A stretch of 64,000 bases of DNA, from NCBI GenBank assembly GCA_038087875.1, contig CM075987.1:19594001-19658000 (forward strand), in the 5' to 3' direction. The stretch is from Malacoraja senta. Taxonomy: Eukaryota. The position numbers and the translations under genes were made by a program. Below are positions 10,427 to 25,000 of the stretch, in pieces (the stretch's first letter is position 1; every line of letters begins with the position of its first letter). Under the pieces are notes generated by a model, which had not been told where the DNA came from, ran no database searches, and saw nothing but the letters and a program-made list of their open reading frames with translations.

Positions 10427-11196
10427 AATAGACAATAGGTGCAGGAGTAGGCCATTCGGCCCTTCGAGCCAGCACCGCCATTCAGTATGATCATGGCTGA
10501 TCATCCCCAATCAGTACCCCGTCCCTGCCTTCTCCCCATATCCCCTGACTCCACTATCTTTAAGAGCCGTATCTAGTTCTCTCTTGAAAGCATCCAGAGA
10601 GCCTGCCTCCACCGCCCTCTGAGGCAGAGAATACCACAGACTCACAACTCTCTGTGAGAAAAAGTGTTTCCTCGTCTCTGTTCTAAATGGCTTACCTGTT
10701 ATTCTTAAACTGTGGCCCCTGGTTCTGGACTCACCCAACATCGGGAACATGTTTCCTGCCTCAAGCATGTCCAAACCCTTAACAATCTTATATGCTTCAA
10801 TAAGATCCCCTCTCATCCTTCTAAACTCCAGAGTGTACAAGCCCAGCCGCTCCATTCTCTCAGCACATGACAGTCCCACCATCCCGGGAATTAACTTTGC
10901 AAACTACGCTGCACTCCCTCAATAGCAAGAATGTCCTTCCTCAAATTAGGGGACGAAAACTGCACACAATACTCCAGGTGTGGTCTCACTAGGGGCCTGT
11001 ACAACTGCTGAAGGACCTCTTTGCTCCTATACTCGACTCCTCTTGTTATAAAGGCCAACATGCCATTCGCTTTCTTCACTGCCTGCTGTACCTGCATGCT
11101 TACTTTCATAGACTGATGGACAAGGACCCCCAGATCCCATTGTACTTCCCCGTTTCCCAACTTGACGCCATTTAGATAGTAATATGCCTTCCTGTT
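10427..11196 (-). mobile_element. 5'-truncated CR1-clade LINE (3' end of ORF2, 3' UTR, tail)
   Basis: Peptides RPHLEYCVQF...RTRGHSLRI...GYGEKAGTGY match the CR1 at 40545-42800; TCTATTG-type tail. Confidence 0.9.
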
Positions 11197-12844
11197 CGCG
11201 GAGTTCCCAGAGTTCCTCACCCCTTGTTTCCGCACGGCGGCCTCCAAGCAAGGGGTGGTGCACCATATACCCACCGCGGGACTGCCATTTCATGCTCGGG
11301 CGCACCGGCTCCCGCTCGACAAGCTGCGCATTGCCAGGGAAGAATACCTTTCAAAGCTAAAAATTCTTGAGTGGCCAAGTCAATCACCCGATCTGAACCC
11401 AATTGAGCATGACTTTTATATGCTGAAGAGAAAGCTGAAGGGCACTAGTCCCCAGAACAAGGATAAGCTAAAGATGGCTGCAATACAGGCCTGGCAGTGC
11501 ATCACCAGAGAAGATACCCAGCAACTGGTGATGTCCGTGAATCGCAGACTTCAAACAGTCATTGCATGCAAAGTATATGCAACAAAATACTAAACATGAC
11601 TACTTTCATTTACATGACATTGCTGTGTCCAAAACATTATGGTGCCCTGAAATGGGGAGACTGTATAAGCACTGCTGTAATTTCTACACGGTGAAACCAA
11701 AATGTGTAAAAATGGCCTTTATTAAAATGTGACAATGTGCACTTAAACCACATGTGATTTTTTTCTATTACAAATCTCAAATTGTGGAATACAGAGGCAA
11801 ATAAATAAATGATGGGTCTTTGTCCCAAACATTAGGGAGCGCACTGTAAATTTATAATGTTCCACCACCCCAGCACGTCATTTTAGATCCAAAATTGCTT
11901 TAAAAATGTAATTCACAAAAAAATTCCAATTGTAAAGAATCTTATAAAATAACATGTATTTGCACATGGTGAATGTTTTAATTATTTTTTAAACAAAATC
12001 TCTTTACAGTGGAAAAAATGTAGTTAAAAATATCAGACTTTCCATGTTTTACCAAGTAACATGTATCTATTTTAATCATGAGCCTGTCACATAACTGGAC
12101 ACTATAACAAAGTAATAAGATTATTCTGGTATCTGTATGAAATATTTTGTATAGTAAAAGTAATTGCTAAAACAGACACTATTTGCCTTTTTAGGGAAAC
12201 GTATCTATCTTAACTGGCCTTAGTTTAAAAAAAATATATACACTTTACATGATTTGACCTGTAAAAATGTTGACACAAAAATATTAGTAAAGGCAAAACA
12301 AGAAAATTGTTGAACAAAAAGCCCATGTTGGATATGCTTTTTGACGTTTGCTACGAAGGAGAAATTACCTTGTGCATGAATGGATTGTTAGTGCATTGCA
12401 ACATAAATTAGTTTCTTCTCGTTGTCCTTTCTTTAAGTGGGACGGTGGGATTAAACTTGAACATAATACATTGCTGATTTATTTGTAGGGTTCCTTCGTC
12501 AAGAGCATTTACTCAATTTAAAATTTTAAATTTACACAAAAAGTGTATTTTTCAAAGAAGTGCAGTGGCTCAATCTATGCAATCTATCAAGCTATGCAAT
12601 CATTTTCAACTAATTACTTCCCTACTGTATGTATGTAAACATGTGTGAAATTCTCAATCTTTAAATAGCAGCTTAAAATCACTACAGGAACAAACTGGCA
12701 AATTGAGATAGATTCAAATAGCGCGATCCCCAGGTAAATCCATCAACTGCAGCAATCAATGACCCCATTAATTTTATTTTTTTATTAAAAAAGTGTCCAA
12801 TGTCGATAAGTAAAATATATTCAATTAAAAACACACACATTCGA

Positions 12845-13086
12845 CTAGTAATACCCCACCCTGTTGGGTATGACTTTGCAGCCTTTGTCTGAATAGATCT
12901 TTTCATTTTCTGAAAAGTATGTAATTTCATCAGCTACAGCAGTAATAATTTTCTCATCCGCCTGATAACCCCTGGCTACCAGTTCTTCCTTGACACATAA
13001 CTTGACATGTTTATATTCCAGTGGAAGTAAAGGGACAAAGTAGTCAATCACGTTTCTATCAATGAGGCTGGTGTGCCAGAATCCAC
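12845..13086 (-). CDS. tor1: torsin-1-like exon 5 (coding part)
   Basis: aatag|[41 protein letters not shown]...SDKGCK...GYY*. Confidence 0.93.
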
Positions 13087-16000
13087 CTATTCAATTAAAC
13101 AAAAATACCTTAGTTAGCAAAGATCACATCAGGCAAAGGGTCAAAATCATACAGCCATTCATATCTGAGCTCCGGTTTTGTACCATTTCAATTTGCATGG
13201 TTTTAAAATTCTTCATTGCCCTAAACACATCACAATCTACGTAATCTTGACCAAACCATAAATCTGTCAGGATCTCTATAGATCACCAGCTCTGGTCTTG
13301 CATAATCATTCCACCATTTGTTCAGCTACCAGCATCCTCCAGTTCCTTCCCTTAACCTCTGCCTTTAAGATGCTTCATTGACCAATCATTTGGTCACCTG
13401 TGCTATTACCATTATGTGCCTCAGTTTCAAACTTTTATTGGATAACAATTTTTATAGAAGTGAAGCCTTTCCAATATTTTACAAGCTTCAAGCTCCTGCT
13501 GCACTGAATTAGCCTTCAACCAAACATTGTGGAAACTTAGCATTAAATGTCTGTCCTCCTGAGACTACAAGAAGAAAAGGCAATCAGCCAGTGCAGTAAC
13601 CTTTGATGGAAAACAAATAAAACTAGATGCTGAAATCTGAAACAAAAGCAGAGATGCTAGAAGAACTCAAGCATTATCTGTGGAAAGATAAACCAGTCAA
13701 CATTTCCAGTCAGTGATCCTTCCTCAGAACAGAACTTTCAGCACTTTGATTACCCTCAAGTAGTCAATACTGGAAAGCACAAAGGAATGTCATAGATGTG
13801 CACTGGTAACTAGAATACCCATGGAAGTGGAAGAAGATATGAACAGATAAACAATGGCACAATGTCTAAAAATGTCTAGCATAGCCTTCATAAAATTGAC
13901 AAGGATGTTTAGTTTAGTTTAGAGATACAGCATGGAAACAGTCCTTTCGGCCCAGCCAGTCCACGCTGACCAACGTTCACCCATACACCAGTTCTATCCC
14001 ACACACTAGGGACAATTTACAGAAGCCAATTAATCTACAAACCCGCACCTCTTTGGAATGTGGGAGGAAACCCACACCGTCACAGGGAGGATGTACAAAC
14101 TCCATACACACAGCACCCGTAGTCAGGATCAAACCCAGGTCTCTGACACTACGGCAGCAATTTTACTGCTGCGCCACTGTGCCGCCACAATGGTTGAACA
14201 GATTTCCAATTAGCGAGCATATTTTGTTCCAGTGTTCTTCATTGCACATTCCTCATTTTAAGCAAAACAGTATATATTAATCAAATTGTACAAAGAAGAT
14301 TCCAATAATTCCAAGTTGAACCAGTGCAGCTCATTTCAAACTGCCAATATTAAGCATACATACTTACTGTTTTTGTTATTGAAGACTCCGATAGACAGTT
14401 TACTTTCAAGATCTTTCAATTGAATTTCCTCCCTTTTGATTCCTCTGCGATAAAAGTCCAGTGCAATCTCATTAATCCACGCTCCACCTGCCTGGCTGTT
14501 CACAACAAACAATAGTGATTTATAACAAAGAACCAAACACTAGCTGGCATAGGCTTAAGGTGAGAGGGGAGAGATTTATGGGGCAAATTTTTCACTTGGA
14601 GTATAGTCTGTGTCTGGAATGAGCTGCCAGAGGAAGCTGTAGAAGTGTAAACAATGATGCCTTTTAAAAGACATTTGGACATCTAAATGGATAGGAAGGT
14701 TTTTGAGAGCTACAGGCCAAATGCAGGCCAACGGACCAGGCCTGTATACCAACTTTGGTCAACATAGACATGGTGGACCAAAAGGCCAGTTTCATGCTGT
14801 ACAGCTCTATGACAAGTCACAAAGGGTATCCTCTGGAGCTTGTCGGCTTTAATACACCTCAACTCAACAAAACATAACTACCCCATCCTTCTCAAGCATT
14901 TCTCCATCTTGAGGCTCCAGAGAATTTATCATGAAATCTCTGATGGCATCTCACTGTAGTACTGATGAAGTGATGGAACAGTTAGAGATGTCGTCTTTGA
15001 AATAAATGTTAAATATGCCCTCCAAGCTGATTGTCGAATGTTCTATTGTGTTATTTTGCAGATGACCAGGGAAGCTCCCTCCCGTGTCCTGACCAATACA
15101 AATCCCACAATCAATTTCAGGCACAGAAAAGATCTGACTAATTATCAAATGTGTTTGTGGGAGCTGTTATGCTCAGATCAGCTGCCCTGCTTCCTATGGG
15201 CAGCACAGTGGCATAGATATGAGATCTCCTGCTTCAGCACCAGTTGCCCAAGTTCAAATTTGATTGGGTGCTGACTGTGTGGAGCTTACATCCTTTCCTA
15301 TGACGAGTTTCTCACTGGGGTCTCAGATTTTCTCACACATCCCAAAAATGTGCCGCATACTGAGTTGGATGATCAGCCATGATCATATTGAATGGCGGTG
15401 CAGGCTCGAAGGGCCGAATGGCCTACTCCTGTACCTATTTTCTATGTTTCTATGTTTGCATAATTGGCCTTGCGTGGGGTTGGGTGGTAGAACCTGGAGG
15501 GAATTAATGAGAGTGTAGGTGAATAGGGAAAATTAGTGGGGGGGGGGGGGGATGGGACTGTTCTGACTGGTCATAGGTTCGATAGGTTAAAATAAACTCC
15601 TTCCATTAGGAAATATGGAAATTACCACTTCCAAGGTATTTCATGGACAGTATAGTATTCTGGTCAGTATTATATAACAAGATATTACATGAATGCAAGT
15701 TCATTCTTATTCTTTAAGAATGCTTGTTTGGTGCTCAGGGGCTATGGTAAGAAGGCAGGAGAATGGGATTGAGAGGGAAAGATAGAGCAGCCATGATTGA
15801 ATGGCAGAGTAGACGATGGGCTGAATGGCCTAATTCTGCTCCTAGAACTTATGAACAAACACAAATATAGGTCTTGAAGTTTAATTTGAACATCATGTAA
15901 AATGGCATGCTTCAGTTGTTGCTCAGCTCTTAGACCACTGTTTGCTTTGTTGTCTGTTGTTCTATAATGACTGATCATGCATTACATTTATTCCCTCCAT

Positions 16001-19000
16001 TATAATTTCAATAGCATTTACAATATATGTCAACAAAGCCTTCAGTAAATGTGCAATAAAATAATGTACCCAATTACATTTCTATTTCAAATTCAGTATT
16101 TTCATTCCTTAAAGTTGATGATAGACTTTGTTCATGCGGTTCACTATAAATATATCTTTTACCTCAGAAAAATAAAAATCGCCTTCCTGTACACCACTCC
16201 ATCAATGTTATCATAGTACTCCAAATAAGGCTTAATGGCATCAATAAGGCCTGCTTGCATCTTGTCCATTTCATCAAAAATGAACATGGACCTGTCACAA
16301 GTGGACACATTACCACGGATCCATTTCTGCAGCTGCTCCTAAGGATAGACATTTATTTTGTATGAAATATATTCACAGAACAACTCTTCACCACACCACC
16401 ACAAATCCCCAAACGCACCTATTCTCAACACAAACACTGTTTCATACAGCATCACTGAGATGATTATATATTATCCCCAAGTCAGGGTTGATTGATATTA
16501 CAGGACTTTGCCTCATTGTGGCAGGAACAAAAGTCACTATAAATAATTGGTTGGCTGCTGAAGGCGAGTAAACTTGACACTTGATATGCATGTATTGTTA
16601 TGTAGCTGTCTGGTGAATCAAGAAATGTAAGTACAGAAGAGGGTTAGTTTGGTCGATTCTGCCTGTTTCACACCATAAGAGAAACAATATTATCTCCACT
16701 TGAATCACCCACTCCCACATATAGAATGTTTCAAATACATGGTTATGCTTATTACTACCAAACTTTTGGATATTGCTGCTTCTTATAAGCATCTCTGTTG
16801 TCGTTGATGCCATTTCCATGAAGAGACTAAAGAACAATTTATTCCACAATTCCTTTAGCTGTGGGGCAACCATTTTTAAGGATGTAAATACAGTATCAAG
16901 GAGCATCCAGTAAATTAATATGCACTCAAGTCAATAAACTTCACATGAATTACAAATTTAAGCAGAAGTAGTCCGCAATGTAACCAGAATCATTATTTGG
17001 AGGGCAAATGGTCTGATTTAATGTGCTACCCATTCCCAATTTTCTTTCCTACATCTGCCAAGGTCCACCTCCAAAGCACCGTACCAATTCCAATACCTCT
17101 CAGAATGTACCTACATTACATGTGTAGCAGGTTATTCTCCTTGATACCAGTCAGGCATCAGAAATGACACTCTGATCATCAAACATAGCCAATTTATCAG
17201 TATATGAAGCTTATCTGTCCTGCCTAACTCATAGGCACCAATCTGTATTATTGCTTCTCCCAATGTAAGGGTGGGTGGCCTCAATGTGTTATGAAATTAA
17301 AAAAATAAAATAACATTTATTTTCATCAATGCTACATATATTGCTTATAATAAAATTGGCTCATTTTCTAGCACTGTGATAGTCCCTCATGAATGATTTT
17401 CAATAATTGCATTAAATCTAGCATAAGGAAAGTCTTGTTAAGTGTTGGCACTATAACTTTTTATGATTAAGTCCCATCAATTGACCAAAACAAAATTGAT
17501 GACATATTTGTCAATTCCTCAATGAGTATGCTACCAAGTTATCTGCACTGAGGATTTAGTGCTCAAAGTTCAGTTGGGTGGGATATCCCAGGCAGCCTCG
17601 TTTGTTTTATCTTCTGTAATCTTATGACCACCCAGCTAATCACACCAAGTCACTTTTGGGGGCATTTTTTCCCAATGTATGATTACAATTGCTTTGTTTG
17701 GGAACACTCCTCTCAAATGCCTTAGGACTTTTATACTACGTTAAAAAGGCACATTACAATGAAGCTATTGTGATGACATGCAGGAGAAGATTAGAAGCAA
17801 ATAATCAGTATTGTTGTAATTTATATAATGAAACATTAAATACAAAGAACTGATTTTCATGCACCACTTTAATCTCAAGGTTTGGAGGTTGTTTAACTAC
17901 TTATATTTTTTCTTATGCATTCACCAAAAGTCTACAATTAGATTAAAACCATAATTCACTTGGTGATCCATTATTTTATAAAGAAACTTTTTTAAACTGC
18001 ATGATTAAAACACAGCATTCACCATGCACCAAATTTCCATCATTTCATTTATAATCCTTCTGAACACCTTAATTTTACTTCGGAGTCACGTGAGTGACTA
18101 CGTGAAGAAGCCCCGTCCAGCCGCACACGCGTCATTATCGATCAGACGCATAGCGTTCATGACCGTGTGTGGAGGAGCAGAAGCTCCTCCAGCCGGTGAG
18201 TAAAACAAAAGTAAAACAAAAGTCGGAAGGTAAGTGGAGTTACTTTTCACTTACAGGAGCGTTTCCTTCCCGTTTAGACTTGTTGGTGGAGCTCCACTCA
18301 AGTTATTATGGAGAAATGGGAAGGAGAGGGGCCAGGGACGCACCGTAGTAAAACCCCAGATCCTAAGGGTAGCGGGCATCAGTCAGGGGAGTCAGTGGCA
18401 GCGAAGCCATTAACTCCCGTTGTGGTCGAATGTGCGCTAAACCGCCGGCGGCGGGCGCAAGGCTGAGAAAAAAAAAAAAAAAATCGGCCCGACCTGTAGA
18501 CTCGGATGAGTCAGACCCGGAGGTATGCCCTCCTCAGGCAGGAAAGAGCATTACACTGCAACGGTCAAAAACTTTTTAACTCCTTATGGGGCAGATGATT
18601 TGTAAAGAACCCCCACAGGAGGATTTAAGTCGGTGTTGGCCAATGAAGTATAGCACAGGAGGTGCCTTGGAACATGCACAAGGGTGGCCTACAGGAGAGC
18701 CATCAGTGCCTGTGCAGAAACATTAAAGAGGTTGGCCTACAGGAGAGCCAGTGCCCAAAAATGCCAGAAAAAAGGCAAGTTATGTGTTGGCCTATTGGAG
18801 AGCCAGTACTAGTAATGCCTGAACAAAAGGCAGCACAAACGTGCAATGATAAATGTGCCAGCACCGACAAATATAAAGAGTAAAAATAATGAAGCGTTGG
18901 CCTAGAAATTGAGCCAGCGCCAGCAGCACCTGAAGCAGGGCTGCCTGTCCGTGGGTCTACAAGAGAGCCCGCGCAGGGGGAATCTGGCAGAGACTTACCT

Positions 19001-22000
19001 GAAACAGGGGAGCCAGAAATTACCCAACATAAAAATGAATATCTAGATTTAGATGATGATTTAAATGAGGACCAGAGCCCATTATCAGAGCCAAAAATGT
19101 TCCAAGGCTGGCACAAAACTTTGCTGTTCCCAGAGTAACAGGGGAACCTTTGAGAGAGGAAATAGCTATGACTATAAATTATCTACTCTCCCATCAGCCC
19201 AGGAAATAACCATGGATGAGACTATCAAAAAATATGAGACCCGGGAAATTGTAGCAGTTACAGCAGTGAATAAACTTGATATGGGTAATTTGAGCAGTGG
19301 TTTACGCTCACAAGAATTGAAATTACACAAGTGCTGAAATTTCTGGGGTCTGGTTTGGATGAAGGTTATATATCGTATTCACAACAAAATGTAGCACTCA
19401 TGTGTAGTGCGCACTTTGAAATAAATTGTATTCATAAAAATGCAATAAGACCAAATATTCATCCTAAGTATGCAGGCTCTGCAAACCATGCAATATACAA
19501 ATGCCTAAATCTGTTTTGGAGAAAATCTAGCAAAGAAACTAAAGGATGACTTCCGGTGGCGCTATGGAGGCTTGAGTCCAGCGCCAACTAGCTCCGTGCC
19601 GAAGAAACTAAAAACGGGAGAAAATCGGGTCTTACCTGCAGCGATCGCGATCTGAACGGCTGCCTGCGTGACGTCATCAGGCGCGCTACTTTACGGTATG
19701 TCGTTACAACGTACCCCCACCCGTGTGACACAAAAAAAAGCCGTTAAAGGGAAACTGCAGACGGAAGAGGAAGGCCCTACAGAGGCCTCGGCCTCAGTTA
19801 CAACGACGGCCCAGGAAGACCTTCCGAAGAAAATAAAACAGAAAAAGTCTGAAATGGAGGATCTTAAAACTTTTCTCGTTGCCGAATTGAAAACCTTTGG
19901 AGAGAATTTTAAAGAGGAACTTTACTCTTTTAAGGTAGATTTTAAAGCAGAAATGCTTTCTACCGTTCAACAAATACTGGAAATCTGGAAAAGGACGAGG
20001 GAGGAAGAAGTCAAGGATCAGATGGAAGCGCTGGAAGCCAGGCTCGTTTCGGTGGAAGCGAACGTTAATATGGATGTGGCCCCCATTCATCACGAACTTG
20101 ATCAACATAGAACAGCGATAACCGAACTTGAGAAATGGGCGGCGACAAGTGCGGAAACTGTAAGTCGACTCCTTACTGAAAACCAACGCCTCTCCGATAT
20201 GGTGATCAAATTAAGTGATATATGTACCGATTTGGAGGGACGTCAAAGACGTAAGAACCTAAGAATTGTAGGGGTGAAAGAAGGAAGTGAGAGGGAAATG
20301 GGCTCTCGGGACTTTGTGGCAGACCTATTACAAAAAGCCTTAAAATTGGATCACAAACCTTCACTCGGTCGAGCTCATAGAGCGCAGCGGCGTCGTACAC
20401 AAGATGATGCCCATCCAAGACAAATTATCGTAAAGGTGCAACTGGATCATGAATTTGACGATATAATGAAGAAAATTGTTCGAGGCGGACAGCTCCTTTT
20501 TGAAGGTGTGAGATTCAGTATTTACCGAGATTATCCGGCAGAAGTCTTCAAGAAAAGAGCGCTGTTCACTGAGACAAAAAGAATACTGAAGAATGTACCT
20601 GGTTTGAGATACGGCCTGCTTTATCCCGCAAGACTAAGAGTCACCTACAAGTCCAAGGAGCAATTTTTTACAGACCACGAAAAAGCACTGGAATATGCCA
20701 AAGAAATCGGTAACATGACCGTAGACTGAAGAATTTACATTACTCCTTAGGAGTCAAGGACTAACAGGACCGCCAGATCTAAAAGGACCTTTAAAGTTCT
20801 TTTAAGAGCTTTAAAGACATTCGAAAACCGAAATGGACGGAGGACATTGGAGAAAACCGTGATCTTTGTATTTTTTTTTAAAACTTTTTTTTTTACTAAT
20901 CATTATTATTATCTGTATATTCATATCTAACTATATATGTAACAACTAATACTTATTAAATATCCATATTACCACTAAAATTATTAACATTAACATTTCT
21001 CATAAAAATTTAATACTGTATATGATTGATAACAATGATTAATAATTAATAGTCTTCGATTAACGTAGAAATGAATTACATACTTATATTATATAGGATA
21101 TGCAAGAGGTAAATTAGCCTACGTCATAATAAAGCTTGACGGTTTTTCTCTTTATTTTTCAATTTAAAATTAAATTTATAGATTTAGCGAAGAAATTAAT
21201 ATGATATGTAGAGAATAATAACGTTGTGAATTTTTGCTGTTCTTGAACTTTTCTGCAGGGATACGTGCTTGTGTATGTATGCACATGGATATATATACAT
21301 ATATATATGTATGTATATTGTGTGTGTGTATGTATGGGTATGTATATAAGTTTGTTACTCCCAAAGAAGTTATTTGAATGTTAGAAATAATCTTTCTTTT
21401 TCTTCAGCACGGAGCTGGGAATTTTTTTTTTCTTACAAAGGCTACGGAAGTCTTTAGAATTCTAGCCACGTTAGTGTGGCTATCACTAACTACACTAATT
21501 GTAGATGTAGTTCTTTTTCTTTCACCCTTTACTAATCAATTCTATCACTTTTTTCACTTTAAATATTTTTATAACTTAATGTTTGAATGGAAAAACAAGT
21601 CTAATACAAGGAGATGTGTTCGGAAGAGCGATGTATATGATTTTAAATTCATCTATCTGATGTTCGGGAGCAGGGTCAGGTTTTATGTGTTGTACCTTCT
21701 GCTCGGTTATAGACCACCTTAGAAACAATATGCAAGATGTTAATATGACAAGAGGGGGTCAGGGAATAACATTTTGTAGTTGGAATGTCAAGGGAATCAA
21801 TGAACCAATTAAGAGAGGTAAAGTTTTGGCACATCTAAATTTAATCAAAACAGATATAATATTTCTCCAAGAAACACACCTTAAAAAGGAATCTCAACAT
21901 AGACTTAAAGCTAAGTGGATCGCTGAATCATATCATTCCTCTTTTTCCCATAAGTCCAGAGGAGTTGCAATATTAATTCGTAAAGGAATACCTTTTACGA

Positions 22001-25000
22001 ACTCTTCAACAATAGTGGATATAGATGGTAGATATATTATATTAGTTGGAGAGTTAAATGGAGAAAAAGTGATTCTTCTTAATGTATATGGGCCTAACTT
22101 TGATAACCCCATGTTTTTTTTTTAATAAAACATTTAATAAAATTCCTGAATTTACACAATATAAATTAATAATTGGAGGAGACTTCAATTGTACATTAGA
22201 TTCATACTTAGATAGATCATCAAGGCAAAAAAAAGTAAAATCTCAATCAAGTGTATTTCTAAATTCATTTATTAATACCACTAATATTAAGGATGTCTGG
22301 AGAATAGAAAACCCAACTGGATGGGAATATTCATTTTACTCACCAGTACATAAAACATACTCAAGAATAGATTATTTTTTAGTTGACTCTACGTTTATCC
22401 CATTTATTTATAATTCAAAATACCATAACATTATAATCTCAGATCACGCACCTGTAACATTCATGATTAAATTAAATGGAATGTCTGAGAAACAAGCATA
22501 TTGGAGATTTAACCCACAAATTTTGAATGAAAGATCATGCCAGGAATATATTATTAAACAGATTCAAATATTTTTTGAGGTAAATGACAACCCTGACACA
22601 CCTACTTCTCTTATGTGGGAAACGTTTAAAGCGTTTGTTCGAGGTACATTAATTTCTGCTCAAGCATTTTATAATAAAGAGAACAGGATTAAGCAACAAA
22701 CATTGGAAAGTGAAATCAAGCAACTAGATATAGAAAATGCGAGAATGCCATCTATTTTAAAACATAATAAAATTGCTGTATTGAAATATAAATTAAATAA
22801 AATGTATTCAGAACAAGTAATAAAACGTTATCAAAAAAACAAACAATTACATTTTGAATTTGGAGACAAACCACAAAAACTATTAGCACGTCAGTTACGA
22901 AAAATGGAAGGGGAAAAAATAATTCATAAAATTAGAACAGAGACAGGAGAATTATTAAAAATGCCCAAGGACATAAATGATAGATTTCTCCAATACTATC
23001 ATAACCTTTATTCAACTAAAACCATAGGACAATCAGAAGGAATAGCAGATTTTTTACTAAAATGTAATTTAAAAGGTTTAGATTCAAACGATAGAGAATT
23101 ATTAGAAAGGGAGATTACGATAAAAGATATTGAGGAGTCTATTGGCTCTTTAAAAAATGGTAAAGCAGTAGGACCAGATGGTTTAGGCTCCGAATTTTAT
23201 AAAAAAAAATTATGATTTGCTTTGCCCACGTTTACAAAGACTGTATGAGTATATCTATACTCAACAGAAACTTCCAGACACTTTAAATGAATCTATAATA
23301 ACACTTATTCCTAAAGCTGATAAAGATCAGGAAGACCCGGGATCATATAGAGCAATTGCACTTTTAAATACAGATCAGAAAATATTAACTAAAATACTGG
23401 CGCATAGATTAAGTACAGTGATGAATAAATTAATACACCCTGACCAAACAGGCTTTATTCAGAAACGGTACTCATATTATAATCTAAGAAGATTATTTAA
23501 TATTATATATTCCAAGAGAATTATTAATGAAGATCTAGCAATAATCTCACTTGACGCTGAAAAAGCATTTGATCAGGTCGAATGGTCTTATTTATTTTCG
23601 GTGATGGAAAATATGCAGCTAGGGGAGAAATTCTGTACATGGATAAAACTGTTATATACAAATCCCACGGCTAGAATATTTACAAACCAAAGGTTGTCAT
23701 CTAAATTTAGCCTATCTAGAGGTTGTAGACAAGGATGCCCGTTATCTCCATTATTATTTGCGCTTGCTATTGAGCCACTTGCAGAAAGAGTCAGGGGGCA
23801 TCCGGAAATACACGGGTATAACACAAAGGACACAGTGAATAAAATTTCTCTATACGCAGATGATGTATTAATTTACATTACAAAACCAGAAATTAGTATT
23901 CCAAACTTATTAAAGCTAATAACCCAATTTGGTTCACTTTCAGGATACAGAATAAATTGGAATACAAGTGAAATTATGCCAATAAGGGAACATAACAAAC
24001 AGATAATACAACAATTTCCATTTAAAATAGTAAAGGAAAAATTTAAATATCTAGGTATTTATGTAACTAAGATATATACATCATTATTTAAAGCAAATTT
24101 TCCACCATTACTGAATAAACTACATAAGAATATTCAATACTGGAAAACACTTCCTATCTCAATGGTTGGCAAAATTAATGCCATAAAAATGATTTTTTTA
24201 CCGCAAATATTATACCCTTTTCAGACAATTCCGATATATCTGGCAAAAAACTTTTTTTTTAAACTGGACTCTATTGTTAATGATTTTATCTGGGATTATA
24301 AGAATCATAGGATAAACAAAAGACATTTGTGTAAATCAAAAATAAATGGAGGCTTGGTTTTACCCAACTTTTTGTTTTATTTCTGGGCAGTTAATATTAA
24401 AAATATGAATTTCTGGTTGGAAGAAATAGATCATCAACCAGACTGGTTAAAAATGGAAAAGGAAGATTGTTTACCTTTTGATATCGGTTCGATATTATTT
24501 GCTACGTCTAAATTAAACAAAAAAATTTATAGGGAAAACCCTATAATATTTAGTGCTATACGAATTTGGAAACAATTAAAAAAGACATTAAAATTAGATA
24601 ATTTATCACTTTTTCTTCCAATTGTGAATAACCCTTTGTTTAAGCCTTCATGGTTGGACGGGGGTTTTACACAATGGAAGAATTATGGAATTAAAAATAT
24701 GGGACAACTTTACAAGGAAGGCACTTTTCTGACATTTCAGGAGTTGCAACAGACTTATGGACTTCGAGGAAATGATTATTTCAGATATCTTCAACTTAGA
24801 GATTATGTAAAATCGAATACTCAAAATTTTCGAATTAGAAATTCAGAAATTCTTGATGAATGTTGGAACAAACATCCTAATACAGAAAAATTAATATCTT
24901 ATATATATAATATCTTATTAGACAGTGACATTCCATCGACGGACTTACACAGACAAACATGGGAAAAATAATTAAATCAAATAATAACGAAAGATACTTG

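Larger units (their letters stand above)
918..11348 (+). mobile_element. CsRN1-like Ty3/Gypsy LTR retrotransposon, 3'-truncated (5' LTR ~918-1150, gag, protease); interrupted by the ERV and a CR1 fragment
   Basis: LTR ends ...CGACTCGCCAAA, followed by PBS TGGTGACCCCG (1152-1162, tRNA-Trp type). Gag LKLPVFWAEQP, CHCC-type motif CFYHLRWGAEARRC, protease FLVDSG. Homologous to the element at 44202-47877. Confidence 0.85.
115..11846 (+). mobile_element. Tc1/mariner DNA transposon copy 1 (IR/DR type), internally deleted and split by nested insertions (Tc1 sequence ~115-917 and ~11349-11846)
   Basis: Left TIR (TGCCCTCCATAATGTTTGGGACA, outer bases damaged) and right TIR ending CACTG+TA at 11846/11847-11848. 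Transposase peptides WSDETKINL and EWPSQSPDLNPIE. Colinear with the copy at 52334-53972. Confidence 0.9.
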
